A DNA stretch of 64,000 bases, taken from contig JAGGSH010000012.1 in NCBI GenBank assembly GCA_021159185.1, forward strand, positions 1,235 to 65,234, in the 5' to 3' direction. Origin of the DNA: a bacterium. Its GTDB lineage: Bacteria > Patescibacteriota > Minisyncoccia > Moranbacterales > UBA9337. This document shows positions 1 through 9,007 of the stretch, one piece after another. Under the pieces are notes generated by a model, which was not told the DNA's origin, searched no databases, and worked only from the letters and a program-made list of their open reading frames with translations. The translations under genes were made by a program, and so were the position numbers. Position 1 is the stretch's first letter; each line of letters starts with the position of its first letter.

Positions 1-221
1 CAAAAAAGTCGTCCACTGGGGATGAAGTGGGAAAATTTCTTTCAGTAAGTTTTGTAGGACTGCTGATAAATATCGGGATGGCTTCACTGATTGTTTTCAG
101 TTTTCAGTCATCTAATGTAACATCGCCGGAGCGCCTAGCCAACATCGGCGCCGGCGCCGCCACAATCGTTTCCCTGATTTGGAATTTCATCGGATATAAG
201 TTTTGGGTGTTTAAGAAATAA
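1..221 (+). CDS. GtrA-family membrane protein (5'-truncated by window edge)
   Basis: Frame open from position 3; two hydrophobic helices and C-terminal WNFIGYKFWVFK typical of GtrA. Confidence 0.75.
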   Translation, partial: KKSSTGDEVGKFLSVSFVGLLINIGMASLIVFSFQSSNVTSPERLANIGAGAATIVSLIWNFIGYKFWVFKK

Positions 222-244
222 ACTTCTCGCTTTTCAAATAAATT

Positions 245-269
245 AATCTTCCACTCGGGAGATTTTTTT
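245..269 (+). terminator. Putative intrinsic terminator
   Basis: aatcttcc-actc-gggagatt stem followed by T run. Confidence 0.5.
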
Positions 270-544
270 ATTTAGCAACGCGATACTACCATTCAACTAC
301 ATAAGGTAGTGTTTTTATTTTTCCCTTTTTTAAATTTTCACCTCTCTGCTCACGACCGTGACGAGGTGAAATTCAAAGAATCCCTGTTTTTAAACAGGGA
401 TTCTTTGCGTGAAGTTTTTTGTGAGGTTATGAAAGATATTTACAAATGTTTTAGTTTTTTCTCGTGGCAAAGTGTTTTCTTTTTTATTTTACTCAAAAGT
501 GCTAGAATGATTTTGAGTGAAGAAATAAAATTATAAATCAATTT

Positions 545-2308
545 ATGTCCGCTACTCTATATCGCAAATATCGCCCCCGGAAATTTTCCGATGTTATCGG
601 TCAGCAAGCTATCGTTAGAACTCTTTCCAACGCCGTGAAGTATAATCGCGTCGGACAGGCGTATCTTTTTGCCGGTCCGCGGGGAACCGGAAAAACCACC
701 TTGGCCAGAATTTTGGCTATGGCGGTTAATTGCGCCAATTTGTCCAGCGAGGAACGAGCTGATAACAAATTGAGCGTCCGCCGAAGCGAAGCGAAGGCGA
801 ATAAGCTTCCTAGCGAGAAACAAACCGCGGAACCTTGCTTTAAATGCGATGCCTGCCGGCAAATCTCACAGGGAAAATCTTTAGACATTATTGAAATTGA
901 CGCCGCTTCCAACACGGGAGTGGATAATATTCGAGAGCTAAGGGAAACCGTCAAGCTTCCTCCGGCTCAAGCGAAATATAAAGTGTATATTATAGATGAG
1001 GTTCACATGCTCTCCATCGGCGCTTTCAACGCGCTTCTCAAAACTCTGGAAGAACCGCCTGAACATGTGATTTTTATTTTGGCCACCACCGAAATCCACA
1101 AGCTTCCGGAAACTATTCTTTCCCGCTGCCAACGCTTTGATTTTTCCCGCCTCTCCTTGGAAAACATAATTAAGAAGCTGGCGTTAATCGCCAAGAGTGA
1201 AAAAGTTAAGATAGAAAAAGCGGCGTTGGAAATGATCGCTATGGCTGCTGAAGGCGGAATGCGAGACGCGGAATCACTGCTCTCCCAGATTATGTCGCTA
1301 GAAGACAAAAATATAACCTCCAAAGAAGTGGAAGAAATTCTGGGAACCACTAATCGCCAGCCCATAGAACAAATGGTTGATTATTTACTGCAAGGAAAAA
1401 CTTCTTCAGCCCTAAAACTCACCAGCCAATTAACCAAAGACGGGTATGATCTGGAGATTTTCAGCAAGTCTTTGCTTAATTATTTCCGCCAGCTAATGCT
1501 GATTGCCGTCAATCCTGAAACTGCCAAAAGTTTTTCCTTTGAACTTACTTCGGAGCAAATCAAAAAAATGGAAACGCTCGCCCGAAAATCCCCGGTTTCG
1601 GAAATTTTGAAAATAATTGATTTAATCAGCGAGGCAAAAGATAAAATAAAATCTTCCTTCATTCCTCAGCTTCCTTTGGAAATGGCAATCGTAAAAATTG
1701 GCCGCGAAGAAAATCCTCCATCTTTTTCAGAAACTAATCCACCAACCATTAATCCCTCCTCTGCTGCCAACCGTGAAAATCCGCCTCAAGAAAAAATTTC
1801 TCCTCCTGAACCTAAATCAGCCGAAGTTGAAACTAAACAGTCTGCTAAAATAATAAAGCCTAAAATTGAGCCGGATGTTTCAAAGAATATAGACAAAATA
1901 TCAGATAATAACAAACAAAATCCAGATTCTAAAAAATCCGAAGTTTCTCTTGACAATATCAAAGAAAACTGGAAAAATATATTAATTAAAGTTGAATCAC
2001 TGAATCATTCCATATCCTCCATTTTAGCCGGCTGCCAACCCATTAAGATTGAGAATAATATCATAGTTATTGCCACTAAATATGGTTTTTATAAAGACCG
2101 GCTCAATGAGAATAAAAACAAAAAAGCTATTGAAGATATTGTAAGCGACATTTTAAAATTTAAAATAAACATTGAAATTCTTACTGAAGAAGAATCCGGA
2201 GTGAAGCTGGAAACAGCCGATGAAAAACCTAGCGAGAAAAAAGGAACGCAGAGTAATTTGCTTTTATCCGACGCTATGGAAATGATGGGAGGAAAAATCG
2301 TTGAATAA
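545..2308 (+). CDS. dnaX: DNA polymerase III subunit gamma/tau
   Basis: LYRKYRP, GPRGTGKTT Walker A, EIDAASN, IIDEVHML, SRC motifs. Confidence 0.97.
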   Translation: MSATLYRKYRPRKFSDVIGQQAIVRTLSNAVKYNRVGQAYLFAGPRGTGKTTLARILAMAVNCANLSSEERADNKLSVRRSEAKANKLPSEKQTAEPCFKCDACRQISQGKSLDIIEIDAASNTGVDNIRELRETVKLPPAQAKYKVYIIDEVHMLSIGAFNALLKTLEEPPEHVIFILATTEIHKLPETILSRCQRFDFSRLSLENIIKKLALIAKSEKVKIEKAALEMIAMAAEGGMRDAESLLSQIMSLEDKNITSKEVEEILGTTNRQPIEQMVDYLLQGKTSSALKLTSQLTKDGYDLEIFSKSLLNYFRQLMLIAVNPETAKSFSFELTSEQIKKMETLARKSPVSEILKIIDLISEAKDKIKSSFIPQLPLEMAIVKIGREENPPSFSETNPPTINPSSAANRENPPQEKISPPEPKSAEVETKQSAKIIKPKIEPDVSKNIDKISDNNKQNPDSKKSEVSLDNIKENWKNILIKVESLNHSISSILAGCQPIKIENNIIVIATKYGFYKDRLNENKNKKAIEDIVSDILKFKINIEILTEEESGVKLETADEKPSEKKGTQSNLLLSDAMEMMGGKIVE

Positions 2309-2309
2309 T

Positions 2310-2381
2310 TGCCCGGTGGCCAAGCGGTAAGGCGCCAGATTTTGGTTCTGGTATTCGCAGGTCCGAATCCTGCCCGGGCAA
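2310..2381 (+). tRNA. tRNA-Gln(TTG), CCA not encoded
   Basis: Acceptor TGCCCGG/CCGGGCA, anticodon arm CCAGA-TTTTGGT-TCTGG, T-arm GCAGG-TCCGAAT-CCTGC. Confidence 0.92.
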
Positions 2382-2425
2382 CAGACAAGAATAAAAAACA
2401 GTTCTTACAAAAAGGGGGTTAAAAG

Positions 2426-2620
2426 ATGCTAGACATTCTTCATAAATCCATAACTCCGATGAATTTTCAGGAGTTTAACGAATTCCTGGAGCATAGAAAA
2501 AAAATAACGAGAAATTTGAAGAAAGGAGAATGCCCTTCGGGAGCAATCTGCAATGACCCGAAATGTCTCCATTGCCAAGAATATTTAAGACGCATGAAGG
2601 TCAAAGATGGTTATTTTTAA
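2426..2620 (+). CDS. Small hypothetical protein with four Cys (possible metal binding)
   Basis: ATG preceded by AAGGGGG, followed by a terminator; CPSGAICNDPKCLHC. Confidence 0.55.
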   Translation: MLDILHKSITPMNFQEFNEFLEHRKKITRNLKKGECPSGAICNDPKCLHCQEYLRRMKVKDGYF

Positions 2621-2635
2621 AAAAACCAGACAAAC

Positions 2636-2666
2636 AAAAACCCTGCCAAAAATGACAGGGTTTTTT
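2636..2666. terminator. Bidirectional intrinsic terminator
   Basis: AAAAACCCTG...CAGGGTTTTTT between convergent genes. Confidence 0.7.
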
Positions 2667-2698
2667 AAGTTTTACAATCGCGGAAAGTTATTATCAGC

Positions 2699-2724
2699 AC
2701 ACCAATATATTAATATATTGGTGT
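2699..2724. repeat. Perfect 26-bp palindrome
   Basis: ACACCAATATATT/AATATATTGGTGT. Confidence 0.85.
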
Positions 2725-2742
2725 ATTGGCACACTGCTTGCC

Positions 2743-3219
2743 CTACTTTAAGGTAACTGTGGCTCCGGCCTCTTCCAGTTTTTTCTTCATTTCTTCCGCT
2801 TCTTCTTTGGCTACTTTTTCTTTAATTACTTTAGGAGCGGCGTCTACTAAATCTTTAGCATCTTTAAGCCCCACTCCGGTGATTTCTCTAACAGCTTTGA
2901 TGGCGTTGATTTTTTGGTCTCCGCTAGCGGTTATCTCTACATCAAATTCCGATTTTTCTTCTTTGCCTTCCTCGGCTTCTCCGGCCGCCGGCGCAACACC
3001 CACTGCCATTGGAACGGCGGCGCTAACACCAAACTTCTCTTCCAGGATTTTCACTAATTCTGAAAGCTCTAAAACACTCATTTTCTCAATTTCTTCCACT
3101 AGCTTTTGGAATTTCTTCGGAACTTCCACTTCTTTTTTGTCTTCCTTACTCTCAACATCTTTTTTTTCTACTTTCTTATCCTCCGTAGCTTTAGCGGAGG
3201 CGGATTTTTCTTCAGTCAT
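2743..3219 (-). CDS. rplL: 50S ribosomal protein L7/L12 with K/E-rich N-terminal extension
   Basis: [31 protein letters not shown]. Confidence 0.97.
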   Translation of the reverse strand: MTEEKSASAKATEDKKVEKKDVESKEDKKEVEVPKKFQKLVEEIEKMSVLELSELVKILEEKFGVSAAVPMAVGVAPAAGEAEEGKEEKSEFDVEITASGDQKINAIKAVREITGVGLKDAKDLVDAAPKVIKEKVAKEEAEEMKKKLEEAGATVTLK

Positions 3220-3274
3220 AGTTTTATTGTTTATTTAATTAGTTAATTAATTATTTACATTAAACTCCCTTAAT

Positions 3275-3498
3275 GTCATTCCGGAATTTTTTCCGGAACG
3301 CCTGCCTGCCGGCAGGCAGGAAGTGAAAGAAAAAATATTCGGAATCTAGGTTAATTAAATTTTTTTAAGCGTGAGATAACTGAAAGCGTAGATTCCGGAT
3401 ATTTTCCTTTGCTATCGCTACGGAAAATTCCGGAATGACAATAGGTTAAGATTCCGGATAAATTTTTCCGCTACTGCTTCAAAATTTTCCGGAATGAC
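3275..3498. repeat. Composite GTCATTCC...GGAATGAC palindromic element (family A, long type)
   Basis: Terminal inverted GTCATTCCG/CGGAATGAC with an extra right arm; homologous to 51386-51547. Confidence 0.85.
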
Positions 3499-3531
3499 AT
3501 AAGGCATACTCGCAATCAATCTTGAAACAGC

Positions 3532-4050
3532 CTACGCTTTCTTTTCTCCTATCGCCTTCAACGCTTGCACTAAACTTCTCTGATTTCCCCGTAAAACATT
3601 CATAAATCCGCTCAAAGGCGAACTTAAACCTCCCACCAGCTTCGCCAATAATTCTTCCTTGCTTGGAAGTTTCGCCAAAGCTTTAATTTCCTCCACGCTC
3701 ATTTCTTTAACGCCCAGCAAACCTCCCAAAATTTTTAAATTCTCGTTTTTTTTGGAAAACTTGCTGATAATTTTAGCCGCGGCGGTTTCATCTTCGGAAG
3801 ATACGGACACAGCAATTTGCCCTTCCATTTTTTTGACATCCAAATCGGTGCCGGTATTTTTCAGCGCGATATTGATAAGATTTTTTTTCGCGACTTTAAA
3901 GCTGGCTCCTTCTTTTTTCAGTTCTTTCTTAAGGCTGGTCATATCTTTCACTTCCAAACCCTTGAAATCAGAAAACACCACCGCCTTAGCCGATTTTATT
4001 TCTTCCGCCAAATTTTTAACAATTTCTTCTTTCTGCTTTCTGGTTAGCAT
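3532..4050 (-). CDS. rplJ: 50S ribosomal protein L10
   Basis: MLTRKQKEEIV start, VAKKNL, LAKLPSKEELLAKL; upstream ORF extension is a translated repeat. Confidence 0.95.
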   Translation of the reverse strand: MLTRKQKEEIVKNLAEEIKSAKAVVFSDFKGLEVKDMTSLKKELKKEGASFKVAKKNLINIALKNTGTDLDVKKMEGQIAVSVSSEDETAAAKIISKFSKKNENLKILGGLLGVKEMSVEEIKALAKLPSKEELLAKLVGGLSSPLSGFMNVLRGNQRSLVQALKAIGEKKA

Positions 4051-4072
4051 AAATTTATATTTTATCGTCTTA

Positions 4073-4203
4073 CCTCCCCTCCTCTTTGAGGAGGGGATTG
4101 AGGGGTGGTGTGTGAATGCTCTGGCTGTAGACTTATTAGCTAAGCTGGTGATATTCACACCCCTCCGTCCCGCTAAGCGGGACACCTCCCCTCAAAGAGG
4201 GGA
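4073..4203. repeat. CCCCT...AGGGG double-hairpin element (family B)
   Basis: cctcccctcctctttgaggaggggattgaggggtggtg shared with 6050-6144. Confidence 0.85.
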
Positions 4204-4232
4204 TGATGTTTTTTCTAATTTCTAATTTTAAA

Positions 4233-4332
4233 AAATCCGCGTTCCGCAGATTTAAACCAAGCCTTAATAAATTTCGGCTTCATCCTCAACAGGTCTTATG
4301 TGTTCACATACCGCCTGCTTTCTGCGGATATT
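4233..4332 (-). promoter_or_regulatory. Probable L10 leader (ribosomal protein autoregulatory RNA)
   Basis: Upstream of rplJ-rplL; AGAAAGCAGG...CCTGTTGAGGAT pairing resembles the L10-leader core, closed by ATCCGC/GCGGAT plus T run. Confidence 0.6.
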
Positions 4333-4354
4333 TTTTATTTACTTTTCTATTAAG

Positions 4355-4382
4355 ATTGTATATTGTTTTGGAAAAATGTCAA
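4355..4382 (-). promoter_or_regulatory. Sigma70-like promoter for rplJL
   Basis: TTGACA-N16-TACAAT. Confidence 0.6.
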
Positions 4383-4413
4383 TGCTATTATTTCTTTTAT
4401 TTTTATTTTATTT

Positions 4414-4908
4414 TTAGCCTTTCTTTTTTTCTTCTGCTTTTTTCGCCAGCTTAGCATCTTTAATTTTTTCCTTTTTCACTTCAGCATTCTCTTTCTTAGC
4501 GCTCTCTTCTACTTTTTCTTCCGCTTTCTTTTCTTCCGGCTTTTTTTTCACTTCTTCCTTTTTTTCTTCCTTCACTTCCTCTTTATCCTCCGGCTTAATT
4601 TCTTCAGTCTTTTTATCTCCTTCTTTCTTCCCCTTCTCCTTCTTTGGGGTTATTTTTACGAAACGCTTTTTACCTTTGATAACGCCCTGTTTTACTAAAA
4701 CATTATAAACCGAATCGGAAATTTGGGCGCCGTTTTTTATCCAATATTCAATCCTTTCTTTCTTAAAAACGCCCTTTTTAAAATGAGGATCGTAGCTTCC
4801 CAAAATCTCAATATGTTTTCCGGAGGGAGCCGCCGTACGCTCTTGCGCTACAATCCTGAATTGAGCTCTATTTTTTTTTCCCACTCTTGAAAATCTTATA
4901 ACTAGCAT
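4414..4908 (-). CDS. rpsP: 30S ribosomal protein S16 with long K/E-rich C-terminal tail
   Basis: MLVIRFSRVGKK, EILGSYDP, YWIKNGAQISDSV. Confidence 0.96.
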   Translation of the reverse strand: MLVIRFSRVGKKNRAQFRIVAQERTAAPSGKHIEILGSYDPHFKKGVFKKERIEYWIKNGAQISDSVYNVLVKQGVIKGKKRFVKITPKKEKGKKEGDKKTEEIKPEDKEEVKEEKKEEVKKKPEEKKAEEKVEESAKKENAEVKKEKIKDAKLAKKAEEKKKG

Positions 4909-4973
4909 TGATTTTTTATTATCTTTAATTACTAGCTTAACTTATAGCATATTTAAAGCTTTGTCAAATAAGA

Positions 4974-5125
4974 CCCTCTCCCCATTTCCAAGAGGGAGAT
5001 GTCCGTAGGACAGAGGGGATTTCTTAATTTAAGTTTGAGCTAAAAATCTACACGCTCAATTATTCAATGCTTTTCAAATCCCCCCTGCTCGCTTCGCTTG
5101 CTTTCCCCCTTTTCTAAAGGGGGAG
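4974..5125. repeat. Family B double-hairpin element
   Basis: ccctctccc...gggaga...ggggattt and aaatccccc...ccccctttt-ctaaaggggg arms; related to 50000-50128. Confidence 0.75.
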
Positions 5126-5159
5126 TTTTAAACTATTTTTCTCTTTAACTTACCTCACT

Positions 5160-6005
5160 TTATTCTCCCTCAAACGCCGCTTTCAAATCTTCTCTGGCTT
5201 TTTCCATCGCGGTTTTAAAATCTTCAACGGCTTTCCGTATTGCTTGATTTTTAATCTCGGCTAATTCTCGCGCAGTTTCTCCCACTTTTTCAACTTTTTC
5301 CCTATTGGCTTTAAATTCTTCGCGCGCCGCCCTAAGATCTTCTCTGAAAGATTTCATTGTTTCTTTTGAATCGCTTTCTTCTTTGCAGGCAGATTTCACT
5401 TTTTCGGCTGCCGCTTTTTCGGCGTCTTTAAGTTCGGACACTAATTCATCAATGGAAGATTTTCTGCCGCTAATTATTTCTTTAACTCCTTGGCGGAAAG
5501 TTTGAACCGCCTCGTCAATAGCTTTTCTTCTTTTGGCCACCGCTATCTCAACGGCTTTCTGGAAATTTTCTACCGCTTCTTTCTGCTCGCTATTTTCCGC
5601 TTTTATTTCCAGTTTTTTATAATATTCATCTCTCGCTTCGTCTCTTCTGGCGCGGCGCTCCGCAATTCTAGCGTCTCTTTCATTGCGACGGTCCTCTAAA
5701 TTACTCGAATGATTCGCCCGCCAAGTTTCCAGCCTATTTTCGCGATTCGCGATTCGCTGTTCCACTTTGGATATTATTCCGGCAACGCGGGAACACATTT
5801 TCTCTTTCACTTTTTCCATATTTTCTTCTTTTTTCCCCTCAATATCCTCTTTGATTTTTTGTGATCTGGCTTCCTGGTTTTCTTTTATTTGTTCCGCATT
5901 TTTTCTAGCCGTAACAGCCCAATCTAGAAATGCTTCCGCCGAATAAATATTAACGGAAAACACCAGTCCAAGCACTGCGGTTAAAAATAAAATTTTGTTT
6001 TTCAT
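5160..6005 (-). CDS. Secreted coiled-coil hypothetical protein
   Basis: N-terminal signal peptide (SAEA), highly charged helical body. Confidence 0.75.
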   Translation of the reverse strand: MKNKILFLTAVLGLVFSVNIYSAEAFLDWAVTARKNAEQIKENQEARSQKIKEDIEGKKEENMEKVKEKMCSRVAGIISKVEQRIANRENRLETWRANHSSNLEDRRNERDARIAERRARRDEARDEYYKKLEIKAENSEQKEAVENFQKAVEIAVAKRRKAIDEAVQTFRQGVKEIISGRKSSIDELVSELKDAEKAAAEKVKSACKEESDSKETMKSFREDLRAAREEFKANREKVEKVGETARELAEIKNQAIRKAVEDFKTAMEKAREDLKAAFEGE

Positions 6006-6049
6006 ATTTTTAGTGAGTTAAAAAATTAATGAATTAATGCTCAAGACAT

Positions 6050-6144
6050 CCTCCCCTCCTCTTTGAGGAGGGGATTGAGGGGTGGTGTTGTTTTCGCTGG
6101 CGATATTCACACCCCCCAGCCCTCCCCTCAAAGAGGGGAGGGGG
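6050..6144. repeat. Family B double-hairpin element
   Basis: Near-identical arms to 4073-4203. Confidence 0.85.
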
Positions 6145-6148
6145 CAAT

Positions 6149-6460
6149 TTAAAGCAACTCCGCGTCATCAATTGATTCTAAATCTATATCCTCGTCAAAA
6201 TTATCCAAGCTTTCTAAATCGCTTTCAAAATCTTCAATATCTGCCTCAAAATCAGCGTCTGAATTTCCCATATCAATTTCAGGGACTGTTTCATTTTCCG
6301 GCAAAATCTTTTCTTCCGATAAACTAGGGTTTAAATTACCAGCCGGAGCTGAAATTTCCAATTCGTCGTTTTTTAAAAAGCTACTATTTATAATCAATAG
6401 GATACCGGCTATGATAATAAATACTCCGAAAAGTATCCACCCGTAATATTTTTTTGCCAT
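6149..6460 (-). CDS. Hypothetical single-TM protein with acidic tail
   Basis: N-terminal TM helix, D/E-rich C terminus. Confidence 0.7.
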   Translation of the reverse strand: MAKKYYGWILFGVFIIIAGILLIINSSFLKNDELEISAPAGNLNPSLSEEKILPENETVPEIDMGNSDADFEADIEDFESDLESLDNFDEDIDLESIDDAELL

Positions 6461-6527
6461 ATATTTTTGTTTTTATTTGATTAACTTTGATTATTAAATT
6501 ATACAATATTATTTTGCAAATTACTAA

Positions 6528-8873
6528 TTATTTTTCTATTTTTCCATCCTGTCTTACTTGTTCAAGATTAACCGACAAAAGTTTTGACACGCCGTTTTCG
6601 CCCATTGTCACTCCGTAAAGCAATGAGGCTTGGCGCATTGTTTCGCGGTTATGAGTGATAATAATAAATTGGGTATTGCCGGACAATTCCCGCACGATGC
6701 GATTAAAGCGTTTGGCGTTGGACTCGTCCAGCGCCGCTTCCACTTCATCCAACGCCGCGAAAGGAGGCGGATTGAAAGAGATGATGGCAAAGAGAAGCGC
6801 GATAGATGTAAGCGACCGTTCCCCTCCGGAAAGCATCGCGAGGCTGGAGATTTTTTTCCCCGGCGGACAAGCTGAAATATCAATTCCGATTTCTTCTTTT
6901 TCCGACTGATTACTTTCGCCATTATCATTTTCTAATTCCGCTAAACTGTTTTCATCATTTTCCGCTTTTTCTTTTCCAATTCTCAATTCTTGGCTTTTGA
7001 CTTTTGACTTTTGACTTTTGACTTTTGACTTTGTCAGCTTCGCGTTTCCTCCTCCAAAAATCACGCGAAAGTATTTCGTGAATTCTTTGTTTATTCGCGC
7101 GAAGGCTGTTATAAAAACTTCGTTTATTTTTTTGTCCATTTCCTTCACTACCTCCTTGAGAGAATTTATCGCGTCTTCTAAGTCTTTTGATTCTTTAATT
7201 AGAAAATCAAAGCGGCTGTTCGTTTCCTGATATTCTTTTAGTACTATTGGATCGATTCCGCCTATCTGCTCCATCTGTATTTTAAGCCTTGTGATTTCTT
7301 TTCTTAAATCATCTTCGCTGACGGGCTGGCCGTCATACTTCAATTCGCTAACGCTAATTTTAAGCTCATCTCTAACTTCGCTAATTAAATCTTCCTCCTT
7401 AACTTCAACACGAGCCAGTTTTATTTTAGCCTCGTTAAATTGGTCTTTAAATCTATTCAGCTCATCTTGCTTGGCGCGCAATTGTCTCTCAACTTCAAAG
7501 AAATGCCGACGCGCCTTTTTATCTTCTTCAATCTCATCATTAATATTTTTATCCAATTTTTTCAGGTTTTCTTTCAGTAAGCTAATATTTTTAGCCGTTT
7601 TTTCTTGATTTTCTTGAAATTCTTTAATTCTTTTTTCCGTGTCTTTTTTCTCATCCGTTTCAACTAATGATTTTTCAACTTTTATTTCCCTCTTGCCTAC
7701 GGCTGAATAAAGCTTATGCAGATTTTGCTGGATGGCTCTGGCAAATTCTTTAATCTCTTGAAGCTCTTTCAAAGTTTCTATTTTTTCCAGTCTTTTAATT
7801 AATTTTTCCTGGCTGCGGCGAATTTGTTCCAAATTAGACTGGACATAATTCAAGTCAACCGGAATGCTTTGGATAATTTTTTGCTGGGATTGTTTTTCTT
7901 TCAATAATTCTATTCTTCCCTCTGTTATCACCAGTTCTTTTTCCAAATCATTAAGTTTTTGGCGCGTGTCGTTTCGTTTTCTTTCCAACTCTTCCTGCTT
8001 TTCCATCCCTCGCGTTTTTTTTGATTCGGCCTGCATTTCGTCATTAAGCTTGTCCGCTTCACGCTGAATATTTATGGCTTTTCTGCCCAGCTGTTCTTTT
8101 TCTTCATACGAACCGTCTTTTTCGGCCTGAAAAGCGTTCCAAAGATAAGAAAATAATTTCATCCGTTTTTCTTTAAGTTTTTGGGAAACTTCTTTTCCTT
8201 TTTTAGCTTTTTCCGCTTGCCGTTTGAGCATTTTAAGATGTGGTTCAATTTCATTGGCTAATTCTTTTACTCGCTCCAAATTTTTTTTGGTTGATTCAAT
8301 TTTTTTTAGCGCTCGCGCTTTTTTAATTTGGAATTGCTTGACGCCGGCCGCGTCTTCTAAGATTGTCCGCCGTTCACTAGGCGAAGCGTTTAAAACTTCG
8401 TCGGACATGCCTTGATTGATTACGCAGTAGCTTTTTTTTCCTATGCCCGCTTTGGCCAAAATGTCAACAATGTCAATCAATCGCGCGCGGCTTCCGTTAA
8501 TTAAATATTCGGATTCTCCGTTTCTAAAAAGCTTGCGGCTTATTGCCACTTCTGAAAAATCCAGCGGTATTTTTTTATCGGAATTGTCAAAATATAAAGT
8601 GGCCGAAGCGCAGCCTAAGCGCGCTTTTTCTCCCGATCCGGCAAAAATAATATCTTCCGATTTTTTTCCGCGCAGGCTTTTCATTGACTGTTCGCCCATC
8701 ACCCATTGGATAGCGTCGGCTATATTGGATTTCCCCGATCCATTGGGGCCGACAATCACGGTTATGCCGCAGTTTTTACTTCCATTATTAAGACTGCGCG
8801 CCGGCGAAAAATCCAGCGTGGTTTTTTTAGCAAAAGACTTAAATCCCGATAATTCTAATTTTCTCAAAAACAT
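6528..8873 (-). CDS. smc: SMC-family chromosome segregation ATPase (short, apparently hinge-less)
   Basis: MFLRKLELSGFKSFA, GPNGSGKSN, LSGGE, LDEVEAALD; upstream ORF extension is a translated repeat. Confidence 0.9.
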   Translation of the reverse strand: MFLRKLELSGFKSFAKKTTLDFSPARSLNNGSKNCGITVIVGPNGSGKSNIADAIQWVMGEQSMKSLRGKKSEDIIFAGSGEKARLGCASATLYFDNSDKKIPLDFSEVAISRKLFRNGESEYLINGSRARLIDIVDILAKAGIGKKSYCVINQGMSDEVLNASPSERRTILEDAAGVKQFQIKKARALKKIESTKKNLERVKELANEIEPHLKMLKRQAEKAKKGKEVSQKLKEKRMKLFSYLWNAFQAEKDGSYEEKEQLGRKAINIQREADKLNDEMQAESKKTRGMEKQEELERKRNDTRQKLNDLEKELVITEGRIELLKEKQSQQKIIQSIPVDLNYVQSNLEQIRRSQEKLIKRLEKIETLKELQEIKEFARAIQQNLHKLYSAVGKREIKVEKSLVETDEKKDTEKRIKEFQENQEKTAKNISLLKENLKKLDKNINDEIEEDKKARRHFFEVERQLRAKQDELNRFKDQFNEAKIKLARVEVKEEDLISEVRDELKISVSELKYDGQPVSEDDLRKEITRLKIQMEQIGGIDPIVLKEYQETNSRFDFLIKESKDLEDAINSLKEVVKEMDKKINEVFITAFARINKEFTKYFRVIFGGGNAKLTKSKVKSQKSKVKSQELRIGKEKAENDENSLAELENDNGESNQSEKEEIGIDISACPPGKKISSLAMLSGGERSLTSIALLFAIISFNPPPFAALDEVEAALDESNAKRFNRIVRELSGNTQFIIITHNRETMRQASLLYGVTMGENGVSKLLSVNLEQVRQDGKIEK

Positions 8874-8924
8874 ACAATTTTTCTCAAAATTTCTGACTCT
8901 ACTAAAACGATAGAAATTCCTTTT

Positions 8925-9007
8925 GTCATTCCCGCGTAGGCGGGAATCTAGGATGAAATCGCCAGTTTCAGAAATTACTCTAGATTCCCGATCAAGTCGG
9001 GAATGAC
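8925..9007. repeat. Family A element (short type)
   Basis: GTCATTCCCGCGTAGGCGGGAATC...GATTCCCGATCAAGTCGGGAATGAC. Confidence 0.9.

Noticed and set aside
285-540. SRP RNA upstream of dnaX, as in some Firmicutes
   Set aside because: The conserved SRP domain IV motif was not found on either strand; the 309-536 ORF also looks spurious
545-2308. Programmed frameshift producing the DnaX gamma subunit
   Set aside because: No convincing slippery site with a stimulatory structure identified by eye
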